64,000 nt of DNA from Fibrobacterales bacterium. Its GTDB lineage: Bacteria > Fibrobacterota > Fibrobacteria > Fibrobacterales > JAOPTW01. The stretch spans positions 32,907 to 96,906 of the forward strand of contig JAOPTX010000047.1 of the NCBI GenBank assembly GCA_051532055.1, written 5' to 3'. The notes beneath the pieces were generated by a model, which was given only the letters and a program-made list of their open reading frames with translations, was not told the origin of the DNA and did no database searches. Shown here piece by piece: positions 11,420-21,725 of this stretch (position 1 is the stretch's first letter; every line of letters starts with the position of its first letter). The translations under genes and the position numbers were made by a program.

Positions 11420-11541
11420 GATTTTCTTAGTGTAGTGTATGCATGAATTAATGTAGTAATTATCTAAATTTCTCTGATTAGATAGTTATTTATCGAGTTA
11501 TAAATGGTGGGTTACTGTTCTTAAAGTGGGGGTATATTCGA

Positions 11542-13602
11542 CTACCCATGCAACATAGTGTACGCACTTTTAATAGCTTCTTCACTTCCACTGAGCACCA
11601 GAACATCGCCAGATCGCAAAATAGTATCAGCAGTCGGTAAGGCGGATTCTTTACCTTTAGAGCTTATAGCCATAACCAATGCTCCAGTGAGTGCACGTAA
11701 ATTAAGCTCAGATAGGCTTTTATCAACAGCAAAACTCTCAGTTTTTAGTTCGACTGTTTCTGGGTGACCCATACCTGGTAGAAGTTTGTTTACGAGATCC
11801 ATAGAGGATTGATGGGTATCGGTATCTCTGCCTTTCAGGTTAATTTGATTTTGTAGGGCAGATGCTATAACTTGGGCTCCCGCCTTAACATGGCCATCTA
11901 GATTTCGAGCCCGTTTCCAAAAGGCAACACCGAAACCAAAAAGGGTAATAGCTATCACTGAAGAGACTGTTCCTGTTGGGGCGATAGGCTCAAGAAGAAT
12001 CACTATGGGGATACTGATTATAATAATTTGAATACTATGGAGAGAGGTGCTGAGTACTCTGCGTGGTGCTAGTCCTGAGTCAACGCCATTGTTTGGAGGT
12101 AATGGTAGTGTGGTAATGGCTATTTCTCGTGCGATTCTTGAGGTGAGCCCTATTATTCCGCCAAAGAGAGGAATAATGATAATCACAGCGCCAACGATAA
12201 AGATGGTACTGCTAATTTGCTCTGGAATGGCAAGTTTTTCACCTAATACATGGAATATAGCATCGCTTTTTAATGCGGCTATGGAGAGTATTACGAGAAA
12301 AAGAAAATCAACACCCAACCATTTTAACCAACGGAACAATTTGGTTCTGAGAGTACTGTTATCCTTTTTCTTATACACTTGTTCGAGCCAGGAGCCATAG
12401 AGTGATGCAAAGGTTTGAAGAGGGGAGGGGAGGTGATTGGAGATAAAAAGGGCAATTGAAGAACTATGGCGAACCAAGTAAGGGGTTGTCCAGGTTGTGA
12501 GTACCGCAACGCTGACTGCAATAGAAAAAAGAGCAGGTGATACCACTCCAAAAACGAGGCCAATACCGACTATTAAAAAGCTAAACTCTCCAATTTGAGA
12601 GAGGCTGAGCCCTGCTTCGAGCGCCAAGGTTAAGGGTCTTCCTGTGATAAAAGTACCGAGGGTAATAGTTACTGTTTGACCTATGATGACAAGAACAGTA
12701 ATGAGGAGTATGAGAGTTATGTTGTCAAAGGCGAGCATAGGATTGAGCTGCATGCCAATAGATACAAAGAAAATAGCGGTAAAGAGGTCACGAATGGGGG
12801 AAATTTGTCGTGCTATTTTATGGGATATTGCTCCCGACTCTGCAACGAGTGAGCCAGCAATAAATGCTCCGAGCGCCATAGAGTACCCAAAAGTTTTAGC
12901 GAGGAGCGCTATAGCAAAACAAAGGCCAATACTCGTGATGATATTCGTTTCGGGGTTTTTAAGAATACTCACAAATTGGGTAAGTCTTGGTATGAGGAGA
13001 ATACCGATGAATACCAATGCTGCCAAAAAGCCACCTAATCCTAAAAGCATTGAGGTAAAGCTATCTAATGTAAAGCCAGACCCTGATGCGACAGCGGTGA
13101 GTGCGGCCATGAGAATAATAGCGATAAGATCCTGTGCGACTAAAATGCCAATCACTAAATCTTTTAAGCTTTTCTCTTTCTTGCCACTTTGAAAGGTTCT
13201 CGTAACCACTGCACTTGAGCTCACGGCGAGCATGCCACCCAAAAAGACACTTTGAATTTCTGACCAGCCCAGAATGCGTCCTAAAGTGACACCGAGGAAT
13301 ATCATAAGAAATGCTTGGACTAGCGCAATAAGACCTGAAGACAATCCTACTCTTAAAAATTTGGTAATAGAGAATTCGAGGCCAATCCCAAAGAGTAACA
13401 GAACCACACCAATTTCGGATAAAAGATGTACCACCGCTTTATCAGCAACTAATGGCGTTGGAAGGTAAGGCCCAACCAAGACACCTGCAACGAGGTACCC
13501 CATTAACACTGGTTGTTTGAGCTTTTGGAAAAGTACGGTTACGAGTCCTGCTGCAACTAATACAATGGTAAACGCTTCTATGAATACATGTTGGTCAATC
13601 AT
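11542..13602 (-). CDS. CPA2 cation:proton antiporter with C-terminal RCK-C/TrkA-C domain
   Basis: LLFGIGLEFS, QDLIAI, ALGAFIAG, SQIGEFS; C-terminal ELNLRALTGALVMAI...LRSGDVL. Confidence 0.92.
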   Translation of the reverse strand: MIDQHVFIEAFTIVLVAAGLVTVLFQKLKQPVLMGYLVAGVLVGPYLPTPLVADKAVVHLLSEIGVVLLLFGIGLEFSITKFLRVGLSSGLIALVQAFLMIFLGVTLGRILGWSEIQSVFLGGMLAVSSSAVVTRTFQSGKKEKSLKDLVIGILVAQDLIAIILMAALTAVASGSGFTLDSFTSMLLGLGGFLAALVFIGILLIPRLTQFVSILKNPETNIITSIGLCFAIALLAKTFGYSMALGAFIAGSLVAESGAISHKIARQISPIRDLFTAIFFVSIGMQLNPMLAFDNITLILLITVLVIIGQTVTITLGTFITGRPLTLALEAGLSLSQIGEFSFLIVGIGLVFGVVSPALFSIAVSVAVLTTWTTPYLVRHSSSIALFISNHLPSPLQTFASLYGSWLEQVYKKKDNSTLRTKLFRWLKWLGVDFLFLVILSIAALKSDAIFHVLGEKLAIPEQISSTIFIVGAVIIIIPLFGGIIGLTSRIAREIAITTLPLPPNNGVDSGLAPRRVLSTSLHSIQIIIISIPIVILLEPIAPTGTVSSVIAITLFGFGVAFWKRARNLDGHVKAGAQVIASALQNQINLKGRDTDTHQSSMDLVNKLLPGMGHPETVELKTESFAVDKSLSELNLRALTGALVMAISSKGKESALPTADTILRSGDVLVLSGSEEAIKSAYTMLHG

Positions 13603-13769
13603 GGGGAGCCATTTTGGTGTCGGTACCCTAAAATTTAGGCATTTAGTTGTGGAATATGAAGAAAAAGGGATGAGGAAGAGGAAATATTCAATTATGGAAT
13701 GAAGCTGGAATGTTATTTGTGTTATACCTGCACTCCAGTATAAAGAGAGTTGCAGTGCAGGAGTTGTTT

Positions 13770-14663
13770 TTATTTAATATATGATATAAACCTCAGGCTG
13801 TTTTCCATCATCATAGGAATGATAAATTGGTTACGCTCTGGAATAAATTCAAAATCTGCTCCTACTGTATTGATTGAAAACAATGATGTGGTGTCACCTG
13901 TTGTAGAAACTTCATAGACGGTTCCCGAGAAATAGTCATTGGTATAAAATGCACCGTTTGATGCAGGTTCAAGTCCATCAAGATTACCAAAGGGTGTTTG
14001 AGTAACTACAGCTATTTCTTGAGTCGTAAGAGAAATTTTCTTTACGGTGCCTGGAATAGATGTCTCAAATCCATTGCCATTAAATGTTCCCCAAGATGCA
14101 CTATAAAGGAATGCGCCATCTATGTGCAGTCCATTAGGATGGTCGAGGAGAGGGTCTTGTAAAAAGAGTGTGAGAGAGTCGTGCTCAAGACGGTAGATTG
14201 CATTACCCATCATATCCGAGACATAGATTTGCCCTGATTGATCTATGGCGAGGTCATTGAGGAATAGAGCACCACTATTGGGGTATCGTGCTACTATGGT
14301 GCTCGTAGGTATATCTATTGCCACGAGAGTTGTAATGTCTGATACATAGAGGGTGTTCTGGTTTATGACCATCCCTTTAGGGGCGTTGAGTCCAGTCACC
14401 CATGCAGTGTCTATCATGGTGCCGTCTAAAGAGACTTTGGATATGAACCCTTTACCATCATGTTCGTTGGGTGCCCCTTGTACATTAGAGACATAGAGCA
14501 TGTTTCGTTCAGAATCATGAATGACTGATTCAGGAGTATCAAACCCAGTGAGAATAGTATCGATCCCTTTAGTGAGGGAAGGTTGAGTTGTTGTGCTGCA
14601 TCCTGAGATAAGGGCAGTAGTAAGAGTTGTTATGAGTGCGGCTGATCGTAAAAACGGTATCAT
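13770..14663 (-). CDS. SMP-30/gluconolactonase-like beta-propeller lipoprotein
   Basis: TPESV, YVSN, APKGM, FLNDLAID, PNGL and NLDGL repeats. Start moved to ATG 14663 (GGAGG RBS, lipobox ISGC). Confidence 0.8.
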   Translation of the reverse strand: MIPFLRSAALITTLTTALISGCSTTTQPSLTKGIDTILTGFDTPESVIHDSERNMLYVSNVQGAPNEHDGKGFISKVSLDGTMIDTAWVTGLNAPKGMVINQNTLYVSDITTLVAIDIPTSTIVARYPNSGALFLNDLAIDQSGQIYVSDMMGNAIYRLEHDSLTLFLQDPLLDHPNGLHIDGAFLYSASWGTFNGNGFETSIPGTVKKISLTTQEIAVVTQTPFGNLDGLEPASNGAFYTNDYFSGTVYEVSTTGDTTSLFSINTVGADFEFIPERNQFIIPMMMENSLRFISYIK

Positions 14664-14734
14664 GATGCCTCCAGTTAAGTATGTATCTGGAGTAAATGTA
14701 CTCGGTTGGCCCAATTGAATCTAACGCTGGTGGT

Positions 14735-15604
14735 TTAAAAAATACCGTTTTTAGCCATTTGTTTTGGAGTGATCCCAAATTCATCTTTAAAGCGGGCAAT
14801 AAAATTGGATAAATTGCGGTAGCCTACTGCGGTACAAATTTCACTGATGTTTTTTTCGGAATTGACAATCAAGGAACGTGCTTTATGGAGTCTTTTCATA
14901 CGGAGCCACTCTCCAGGCGGCTGATCATAGATCTCTTTGAACTCTAATTTGAAGCTCGTAAGACTCTTACCCGATAGTTTTGCATAGTCGGCTATTTGGA
15001 GATCTGAGTGGTAGTGCTTTTCCATAATATCACGAATGTTAAAACCTTTGTTCTCACGTGTGGTTAAGAGGAGTTTGACAAAGTCAGGGTTGGTGGTATC
15101 GCTACAGAGAGTGTGGAGAAGTTCCGTTATCTTAAAAGGGAGCACAGCACTTACATCCATATCTGGTTGGTTTAGATAGGGGAGTATTGAGTGGAGAAAC
15201 CCTTGGAGTGCGGGCGTCACGTTAATCTTAAAGCCAGAACGGGGTTCTTGTACATCCTTGACGTTTGTTTTATTCTTGAGCTGTTCAATAAAGTTGTTTA
15301 TAAAGTGAGGTTGGATAAAAAAGACGAGACTCGAAAAGTGCTGAGTGTTGTTGAGTACTTCAGCCATGCCATAGACCCCACGATTGAGAAAAAAGGCATC
15401 TCCGGCCTTTGCACGAATAGTCGTATCCTGAAGAGTAATAACCTTCTCTCCTTCTTGTATAATACAAAAGAGGTAGCATGAGAGACTAATATCAAAGGTT
15501 GCTTTGAATGGGGCGTCTGTTCTTCGGTACTGCACGACAGTACAACCCTCTAATTCGAGGGTGCCAAAAGATGGTGGGTTAAAATATTCAGGAAGTTTAA
15601 ACAT
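14735..15604 (-). CDS. AraC family transcriptional regulator
   Basis: C-terminal YAKLSGKSLTSFK...ISEICTAVGYRNLSNFIARFKDEFGITP. Confidence 0.93.
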   Translation of the reverse strand: MFKLPEYFNPPSFGTLELEGCTVVQYRRTDAPFKATFDISLSCYLFCIIQEGEKVITLQDTTIRAKAGDAFFLNRGVYGMAEVLNNTQHFSSLVFFIQPHFINNFIEQLKNKTNVKDVQEPRSGFKINVTPALQGFLHSILPYLNQPDMDVSAVLPFKITELLHTLCSDTTNPDFVKLLLTTRENKGFNIRDIMEKHYHSDLQIADYAKLSGKSLTSFKLEFKEIYDQPPGEWLRMKRLHKARSLIVNSEKNISEICTAVGYRNLSNFIARFKDEFGITPKQMAKNGIF

Positions 15605-15648
15605 TGACTACTTTTTAATATCGAAGATTGGTTAAAAAGTAGTCAATG
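15602..15648. promoter_or_regulatory. Perfect 17-bp inverted repeat including the araC start codon
   Basis: CATTGACTACTTTTTAA (15602-15618) and TTAAAAAGTAGTCAATG (15632-15648), 13-nt loop. Confidence 0.7.
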
Positions 15649-15692
15649 ATAGATTGATAGAGTAGTGATGAATTTTGTTAATTTAGTGCTTA

Positions 15693-16877
15693 TCAGATCT
15701 CAGGTACTACAAATGTGGACATAACTTTTTGTATCGTTTTATCAAAAATGTGTTTTACGTTAATATCATTATCGAGATAGTGCATACTCATTTTGAGGCC
15801 TAGAGCATTTTTTGTTCCCTCTTCAACACATGTATCATATTCTTCATCTTCTGTTACTCGTAAACAACTCTCTTCTTGAGATTCGCCAGAATAGGGCATT
15901 TCCAAGCATGTTTTAGAACAACCATAAACTGTTGTAGTTACCTGAATACCTTCTGGAACGATATCATAATACATTAGTGCAATAGAATCAGTAATTGGCA
16001 TTTTAATTTCCAGGGTATTACAATCTTTTTTCGACATAGAGGAGGATACATCTCCTTCAATTTCAGGGACTATCAGGTCCATATAGCACCCTTCTTCTAA
16101 AAGGTATTTTGCCATACATGCCCCCATGATTGGCCCTTCCATGCTTTCTTCACAAGTGCCATTGGAACCACCAAATGCTCCCGCTGCTTGGCCACCACAT
16201 CCATTTATGCTATAGTTCAAAGTTATTCCATCTACTCCATTATGGAATGACATGTCTACAGGGATAGTAAGTCCTTCCTTTACAGTTGTCTCCATGCGGA
16301 GACTATTACAGGTTACATTTGAAAAAGCCATTGATGGTGCAGCGGGCCCATTTTCTGTCATTTCACTGTCTAAGGGGACTTGTGCCATCATAGTGCCCAT
16401 GCAAATTGACCCGCTATAGTCAAAATGTGCAGAAGAATCAGAAATGGTAATTGTTGCTTTAAGGTCAGTTGCACTTTTCATCATAGCAATATTTTCATTA
16501 TTTTCACAATCGTCTATTTCTCGAGAAACAAATGAATAATCCGTATGCCACTTTCCTTGTAATGTTGTTGGCGCTGTATCTGAGTCAGGAGTATATTCCA
16601 TTTTATCGCAATCATCATCTTCCCATGTATAGAGGAGTCCATTAGCTATTTCATAATTTCGAGTTACTGAGTCTTTGAATATGACATCATCATCGTCACA
16701 ATCAATTTTTTCAACAATAAATGACTCATCATCAATTGCAATAATAGTTTCTGACTCTTCAATGCCATCCATTATTAGGCCTGAATTATCAGGTGAGGTA
16801 GTTTCGTCTGAATTAAATAGGTCACATGCTGTGACTGATAACAGAGTGAGTGCTAATAGGGTGAGATAGTATTTCAT
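15693..16877 (-). CDS. Cys-rich acidic hypothetical lipoprotein
   Basis: MKYYLTLLALTLLSVTAC lipobox (start ATG 16877); long ORF. Confidence 0.7.
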   Translation of the reverse strand: MKYYLTLLALTLLSVTACDLFNSDETTSPDNSGLIMDGIEESETIIAIDDESFIVEKIDCDDDDVIFKDSVTRNYEIANGLLYTWEDDDCDKMEYTPDSDTAPTTLQGKWHTDYSFVSREIDDCENNENIAMMKSATDLKATITISDSSAHFDYSGSICMGTMMAQVPLDSEMTENGPAAPSMAFSNVTCNSLRMETTVKEGLTIPVDMSFHNGVDGITLNYSINGCGGQAAGAFGGSNGTCEESMEGPIMGACMAKYLLEEGCYMDLIVPEIEGDVSSSMSKKDCNTLEIKMPITDSIALMYYDIVPEGIQVTTTVYGCSKTCLEMPYSGESQEESCLRVTEDEEYDTCVEEGTKNALGLKMSMHYLDNDINVKHIFDKTIQKVMSTFVVPEI

Positions 16878-17126
16878 TGGGTTCCTTAGTATAATATGTA
16901 GAAATTCAATTACCACAGGCTTTGTAGTATTGGAGTAATAAATTAGTTAGGGGTTAGATTGATAATTCGGTAAAAATAAAAAATTGAGCTACTAGAAGCA
17001 CGTAATTGGAGAATATAGTTGAGGAGTGAAAGGCTTGCACTCATGACCGGAGGATAAAATAGGGCGCTCGACAGGAACATTTTTTCCTTATTGGAGAAAA
17101 TTATTCTCTCATAAATAGTATTTGTC

Positions 17127-17153
17127 TAAAGTTGCCCCTTAAAAAGCCGATAT
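17127..17153 (+). promoter_or_regulatory. Putative sigma28 (FliA) promoter of flgB
   Basis: TAAA-N15-GCCGATAT (TAAAGTT...GCCGATAT), near consensus. Confidence 0.7.
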
Positions 17154-17178
17154 AGGCTGATTTCTAGTAATTTAAATT

Positions 17179-17194
17179 TGGCACAGTTATCGCT
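17179..17194 (+). promoter_or_regulatory. Putative sigma54 -24/-12 promoter of flgB
   Basis: TGGCAC-AGTTA-TCGCT. Confidence 0.65.
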
Positions 17195-17229
17195 TTTACA
17201 TAAAGAGTGTACTTCACTATGGTGTAAAA

Positions 17230-17643
17230 ATGGATTTACGGGGATACATGTTTCAGGGTACTAGAAGAACCCTGCTTTACAAAAGCCTTGATGCAAATGG
17301 AATGCGAAATCGAGCTATATCCCACAATATTGCTAATGCGAATACCGTGGGATATCAGCGAAAAGAGGTTCACTTTGAAGAACAAGTGAGAGCTGCCCTT
17401 CGGCTAAAAGTTGATGGTGAAACAACGAATGAAGAACATTTTGAAATTGGCAAAGATGCAGCGGTTAAGAAGTTGAAAGCTTTTGCTTTAGAGGCAAATG
17501 ACGCGACACTTCCTGGTGAAATCAACAACGTTGATATTGATCTAGAAATGTCAAAGCTCGCAGAAAACCAAATACAATATAATTACAATATTAAGTTTTC
17601 TGGATTTGAAAAATTTCTTGGTGCTATTAAAGGGCGCATGTAA
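17230..17643 (+). CDS. flgB: Flagellar basal-body rod protein FlgB
   Basis: SLDANGMRNRAISHNIANANTVGYQRKEVHF and NNVDIDLEMSKLAENQIQY. Confidence 0.93.
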   Translation: MDLRGYMFQGTRRTLLYKSLDANGMRNRAISHNIANANTVGYQRKEVHFEEQVRAALRLKVDGETTNEEHFEIGKDAAVKKLKAFALEANDATLPGEINNVDIDLEMSKLAENQIQYNYNIKFSGFEKFLGAIKGRM

Positions 17644-17916
17644 TCGAGTAGGCTTGACGGAGTAATTCTATCTACTCCTGTGATACTGCTATAAGTATCT
17701 AAACACAGATATCTTCACATTGGAGGTATCTTGTTTAACGACGATAATCAAAAAAATTCTAATACTGTTTAAACACCTTCTTAAACGAAAATATAGATGC
17801 CAACTGTTTAATGCCTATTGGTTCACTGCTCACTTAGCTAGAATTATTTGCACAATAATGAGAGTGTAATGTTACTACGCGACTACATGTGAGAATGTGC
17901 TTAGTGGGCAATAATT

Positions 17917-19761
17917 ATGGGGACAGATATGGATACAATGACAGTAAATCCAGAAAATGAAGGGTTACAGCAGGGAACAGACCTTAACTTTCAGTTAGAA
18001 ATGCCAGGGATTCCAATCTATTCAGAAAATGATGCAGTACTCAATCATATGCATGGTGTGTATGTTGAAGTGGGCCTGGATTTAAAGTTTAGGGCGGTGA
18101 ATGAATATGCTCGGAAGCGATTGGGGTATACACACGAAGAAATGATAGGGCAGATGAGCTGCCTGAAAGTGTTTCCACAATATCAAGTTGAACGATTAGT
18201 ACAGGTGACAACGAAGGTTATGTGTAATGATTATGGCAATGAACTGGAATGGGAAATTCTAGGGCGCAATGGTTCTATCATGCATATTCGGGCAACGGGG
18301 TATCCACTCAAAGATGATGCGGGTAACATTATTGGGATAAAAGTTTTTGGGAGGGAAGTTACCGGTTGGAAAGACCTAGAGGCGAAATTATTAGCGAGTG
18401 AAAACCGGTTTCGAGCACTTTTTTCTCAATCTCCTATGGGGACAGTGTTGTTTTATGCAAATGGGTTAATAGCCAAGTCTAATGCTGCCTTTAAAAGCCT
18501 GTATGCAGAAGTTGAGAGGCCCAGTGATGCTCCGCCTACAGTACAGAGCTTTATCTCGTTAAGTTCAGTTCTGATTACTCAATTAAAAAAGGATGAACAC
18601 ACCGTTGCATTGGGTTCTGTGGTTGTAAAAGATGGCATGGACTATCATACACAATGGCGTATATCAAGGATGGATGATTCAGAGGTTGAGAGTGCTACTT
18701 CCATGTATATTGCCTATGTTGAAAAAAGGGTACTCAGCAAGCCGATTATCAGAGACATTGAGCAACAATCTGATACTTGTATACCGTCTCAAGGTTCTCA
18801 AAACAAAAAATTGATTAACAAGGATATGTACTTAGATAACTTCATTTTTAATAGTCCTGAAATGGGTAAAATTTTGGCAAAAATTCCGAGTATGGCTCAA
18901 TCAGGTGCGCCACTATTGATTCGGGGCGAGAGTGGGACGGGCAAAGAGATAATTGCCCATTTGATACAAGAGAGTAAAAATGAGAAAGGCTCTCCATTTA
19001 TCTCTCTTAATTGTGGCAGTATTCCTGACAGTCTCATAGAATCAGAACTGTTTGGGTACCGAGCTGGTGCTTTTACTGATGCTAAGAAAAATAAGAAGGG
19101 CAAAGTTGAGCTTGCACAGGGAGGTATACTCTTTCTTGATGAAATTGGAGATATGCCGCTGAATATGCAGGTAAAATTATTGAGACTCCTTGAACAAAAA
19201 CGGTTTTATCCTTTAGGGAGTGAAACTGAGGTACAGGTAGATATTAGAATAATTGCAGCAACCCACCAGCCACTCGAAGACCTAGTCGCACAAAAAATAT
19301 TCCGACAAGACCTCTACTATCGACTGAATGTTATAACGGTTAATTTACCGCCTTTGCGAGAGCGAAAAGAAGATATTCCAGCTCTCTGTTCAGTCTTTTT
19401 AGAAAAGGCAAATATACGGTCTCAAAAAAGTATTTCAGGTTTTAGTGGAGAGTTGCTGCACTTTTTTAAAGAGTACTCTTTTCCTGGAAATATTCGTGAG
19501 CTCGAAAACATTGTCGATCATATGGTTATTTTCTGTTCTGAAATTGTATTGAAAATTGATCATTTACCTGATGAATTGTTAAGGAAAGCGAAAGTGTGGG
19601 TTGCGCCAGTAGAAGATGCTGGGAGTGAAGATAATTCTGAAATAGAAGTGACCTCTATTTCAGAGGCCATGCACATTGCCGGTGGTAATAAAACCAAAGC
19701 GGCAAAGTTACTGGGTATGCATCGGTCAACTCTCATTCGCAAGTTGAAGAAAGAGGGGTGA
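17917..19761 (+). CDS. PAS-domain sigma54-dependent enhancer-binding activator
   Basis: PAS/PAC, GESGTGKE, ESELFG, GAFTDA, LFLDEIG, FRQDLYYRL and a Fis-type HTH. Confidence 0.95.
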   Translation: MGTDMDTMTVNPENEGLQQGTDLNFQLEMPGIPIYSENDAVLNHMHGVYVEVGLDLKFRAVNEYARKRLGYTHEEMIGQMSCLKVFPQYQVERLVQVTTKVMCNDYGNELEWEILGRNGSIMHIRATGYPLKDDAGNIIGIKVFGREVTGWKDLEAKLLASENRFRALFSQSPMGTVLFYANGLIAKSNAAFKSLYAEVERPSDAPPTVQSFISLSSVLITQLKKDEHTVALGSVVVKDGMDYHTQWRISRMDDSEVESATSMYIAYVEKRVLSKPIIRDIEQQSDTCIPSQGSQNKKLINKDMYLDNFIFNSPEMGKILAKIPSMAQSGAPLLIRGESGTGKEIIAHLIQESKNEKGSPFISLNCGSIPDSLIESELFGYRAGAFTDAKKNKKGKVELAQGGILFLDEIGDMPLNMQVKLLRLLEQKRFYPLGSETEVQVDIRIIAATHQPLEDLVAQKIFRQDLYYRLNVITVNLPPLRERKEDIPALCSVFLEKANIRSQKSISGFSGELLHFFKEYSFPGNIRELENIVDHMVIFCSEIVLKIDHLPDELLRKAKVWVAPVEDAGSEDNSEIEVTSISEAMHIAGGNKTKAAKLLGMHRSTLIRKLKKEG

Positions 19762-19796
19762 GCCGATACATGGTGTTTAATTGATAAAAGTTATTA

Positions 19797-20522
19797 TTAT
19801 TCTGGGGAGCCACAAATCGCTGATGAAATTTGATTTTTCCATGTAGGAGAAAATATGTTTTTCATAAGATAAAGTGAAAGGTTAATGATCATTTCTCTTT
19901 CACCTTTATTAAGATTAGCCCTGAATGATTTGCCTGCATAAAATGGGTGTTCAAAAAACTTAAATGAAGAAGTATTGGAATTAGTACTTGCTTCTAATAG
20001 CATACTGGATGTTTTATTATCCCATCCAAACATATCCATAAGTTTAAAATCTTTCCAGTTATCAGTAGTGTACTCAACTCTATCTCCACGTAATTTATCG
20101 TACTCGAAAAAAATCATACTGCAATCTTCTTCAGTTGTCGCCACTTGTTCTGTTGAACCTACTTTGGCTAAGGCAGAAGGCTTGCGTGAAGGTAGGTTCA
20201 TATCTAAATCAGCTTCTTTTTCATTTTCATATATAGTGAAATGTTTATTATCCTCAAAATCTATAAGGGTAACTGAATTAGGAAATGCCATAATTTCTGC
20301 AATTTTGGTATTGTCATCACCAGGAAGTAATTCTTCACTGGTATCAGTAATTCTATAGCGGGCCGTTAACTCTTCACCTTTATAGGTGTAAGTAACCGTT
20401 TCAATAGTGGATGCAGCAATTGAATCCACTGTAGGCGTTGCGCTCATAGGTTGAGGTGTATCGGTGCAGCTCATCATGCAGAGTACTGAAGAGAGCGAAA
20501 TAATTGATAGTAATTTTTTCAT
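19797..20522 (-). CDS. Lipoprotein with beta/gamma-crystallin-like C-terminal domain
   Basis: Lipobox MMSC; repeated FFE...G...W.N..SS motifs (WDNKTSS, WKNQISS). Confidence 0.65.
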   Translation of the reverse strand: MKKLLSIISLSSVLCMMSCTDTPQPMSATPTVDSIAASTIETVTYTYKGEELTARYRITDTSEELLPGDDNTKIAEIMAFPNSVTLIDFEDNKHFTIYENEKEADLDMNLPSRKPSALAKVGSTEQVATTEEDCSMIFFEYDKLRGDRVEYTTDNWKDFKLMDMFGWDNKTSSMLLEASTNSNTSSFKFFEHPFYAGKSFRANLNKGEREMIINLSLYLMKNIFSPTWKNQISSAICGSPE

Positions 20523-20557
20523 ACTGTTCCTTTTTTTAGTTTGTGTTTTACTTATGC

Positions 20558-21355
20558 TTATAGAGCGTTAGTATGAGCAAATGTAATGGATGAGGTTCGG
20601 TTGTTCCAGTTTTTAATCCAGGCAGGCTTTGGATATTCACGGCCACGTATCGTTACGGTGCCGACACCATACTCTTTTAAATCAGTGATAATGAATGGGC
20701 AACCGGGGCCCATTTTCAAATACAATGCTTCCCCCCCTAAATCTGGAAGTGCCGCCATAGGGTTTTCCCACAGTATCACAGCGCCTATTGCATTTTCTGG
20801 TGGGTTGTAGGCAAATAGACTTGAGATTCTATTGTCCCAAAAGGTGCCTTGAAGTTTCACATAGTCTACATAAGCGTGTCCATGCCGCATTACGTGGTCA
20901 TAATTGAATTCAGTAGAGGCGCCTAACAAGAATTTATCAGAAAATACTTTTACGTTAAGGCCATTTGTTGCGGCAACGTCACCGGTACTTTTCGCAAGAA
21001 GCGATGTAGAATTTATGGTGATATTCATCTCTTTATTCGCAATTTTAGAATTTCGATAGAGCTCAATTAGAGTGTCATGAGGTTGATCTATTACCTTAAC
21101 TAGGGTTGGGATATCGAGTATATCAAATATTTCCTCATTATTTTGACTATCTACAATCGTTATTGTGTCGTTAGAGGTAGTATAGCTCACAGTATATGCA
21201 TTACCTTCAAAGAGATAGGTGACGACCTTGGCTGCTACAGAGGTCTGTGTATCAGCAGGTAATTCCTGTGCTGAAAAAGTTTGAGGGCTGTTGTCACAGG
21301 CGACAAAGGTGGATAACACTGCTGCTGTAACAAGTGTCGATAGTATGATGTTCAT
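20558..21355 (-). CDS. Lipoprotein with beta/gamma-crystallin-like domain (paralog of 19797-20522)
   Basis: Lipobox FVAC; WDNRISS and WNNRTSS; shares the VTY.(Y/F).G N-domain and LAK linker with its neighbour. Confidence 0.62.
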   Translation of the reverse strand: MNIILSTLVTAAVLSTFVACDNSPQTFSAQELPADTQTSVAAKVVTYLFEGNAYTVSYTTSNDTITIVDSQNNEEIFDILDIPTLVKVIDQPHDTLIELYRNSKIANKEMNITINSTSLLAKSTGDVAATNGLNVKVFSDKFLLGASTEFNYDHVMRHGHAYVDYVKLQGTFWDNRISSLFAYNPPENAIGAVILWENPMAALPDLGGEALYLKMGPGCPFIITDLKEYGVGTVTIRGREYPKPAWIKNWNNRTSSITFAHTNAL

Positions 21356-21415
21356 AATGATCCTTTATTTGGGGTGGTTTTTAACGTCTTGATGAATAAG
21401 ATTCAATGCTGATAG

Positions 21416-21431
21416 AGCAATAGGTATGCCA
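21416..21431 (-). promoter_or_regulatory. sigma54 promoter for the crystallin-like lipoprotein pair
   Basis: Minus strand reads TGGCAT-ACCTA-TTGCT. Confidence 0.8.
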
Positions 21432-21472
21432 TAATTGAAATTGAATTGTATTGAATCGAATGAAGTAAAAAG

Positions 21473-21572
21473 TGTCGCAGATGTATGTCAAAAGAATTAA
21501 TGTGCGACACAATGAAAAAGAGTACGACGGTTTTAAGGTGTTGTGCGACAGTCGCGTTGCGACGGTGCGACA
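21473..21572. promoter_or_regulatory. Cluster of TGCGACA/TGTCGCA motifs (candidate enhancer/UAS)
   Basis: TGTCGCA at 21473; TGCGACA at 21503, 21544 and 21566; TGCGACG at 21558. Confidence 0.65.
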
Positions 21573-21666
21573 GTTGTGATGAATTCATTATACGGATGGT
21601 ATTTTTAAAGGGGACTATTTAAGCAAATGAGCGCCATTATCCCATTCAAGTGGTAATCCGGATAGT

Positions 21667-21682
21667 TGGCACATGTTTTGCA
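21667..21682 (+). promoter_or_regulatory. sigma54 promoter for the alpha/beta hydrolase
   Basis: TGGCAC-ATGTT-TTGCA, consensus match. Confidence 0.82.
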
Positions 21683-21725
21683 TAGGTTGTAGTACACGAT
21701 AAATTTTAACATACATAGGTATATA

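Noticed and set aside
16920..17110. Riboswitch (e.g. c-di-GMP) upstream of flgB
   Set aside because: Only short hairpins; I could not match the conserved aptamer motifs.
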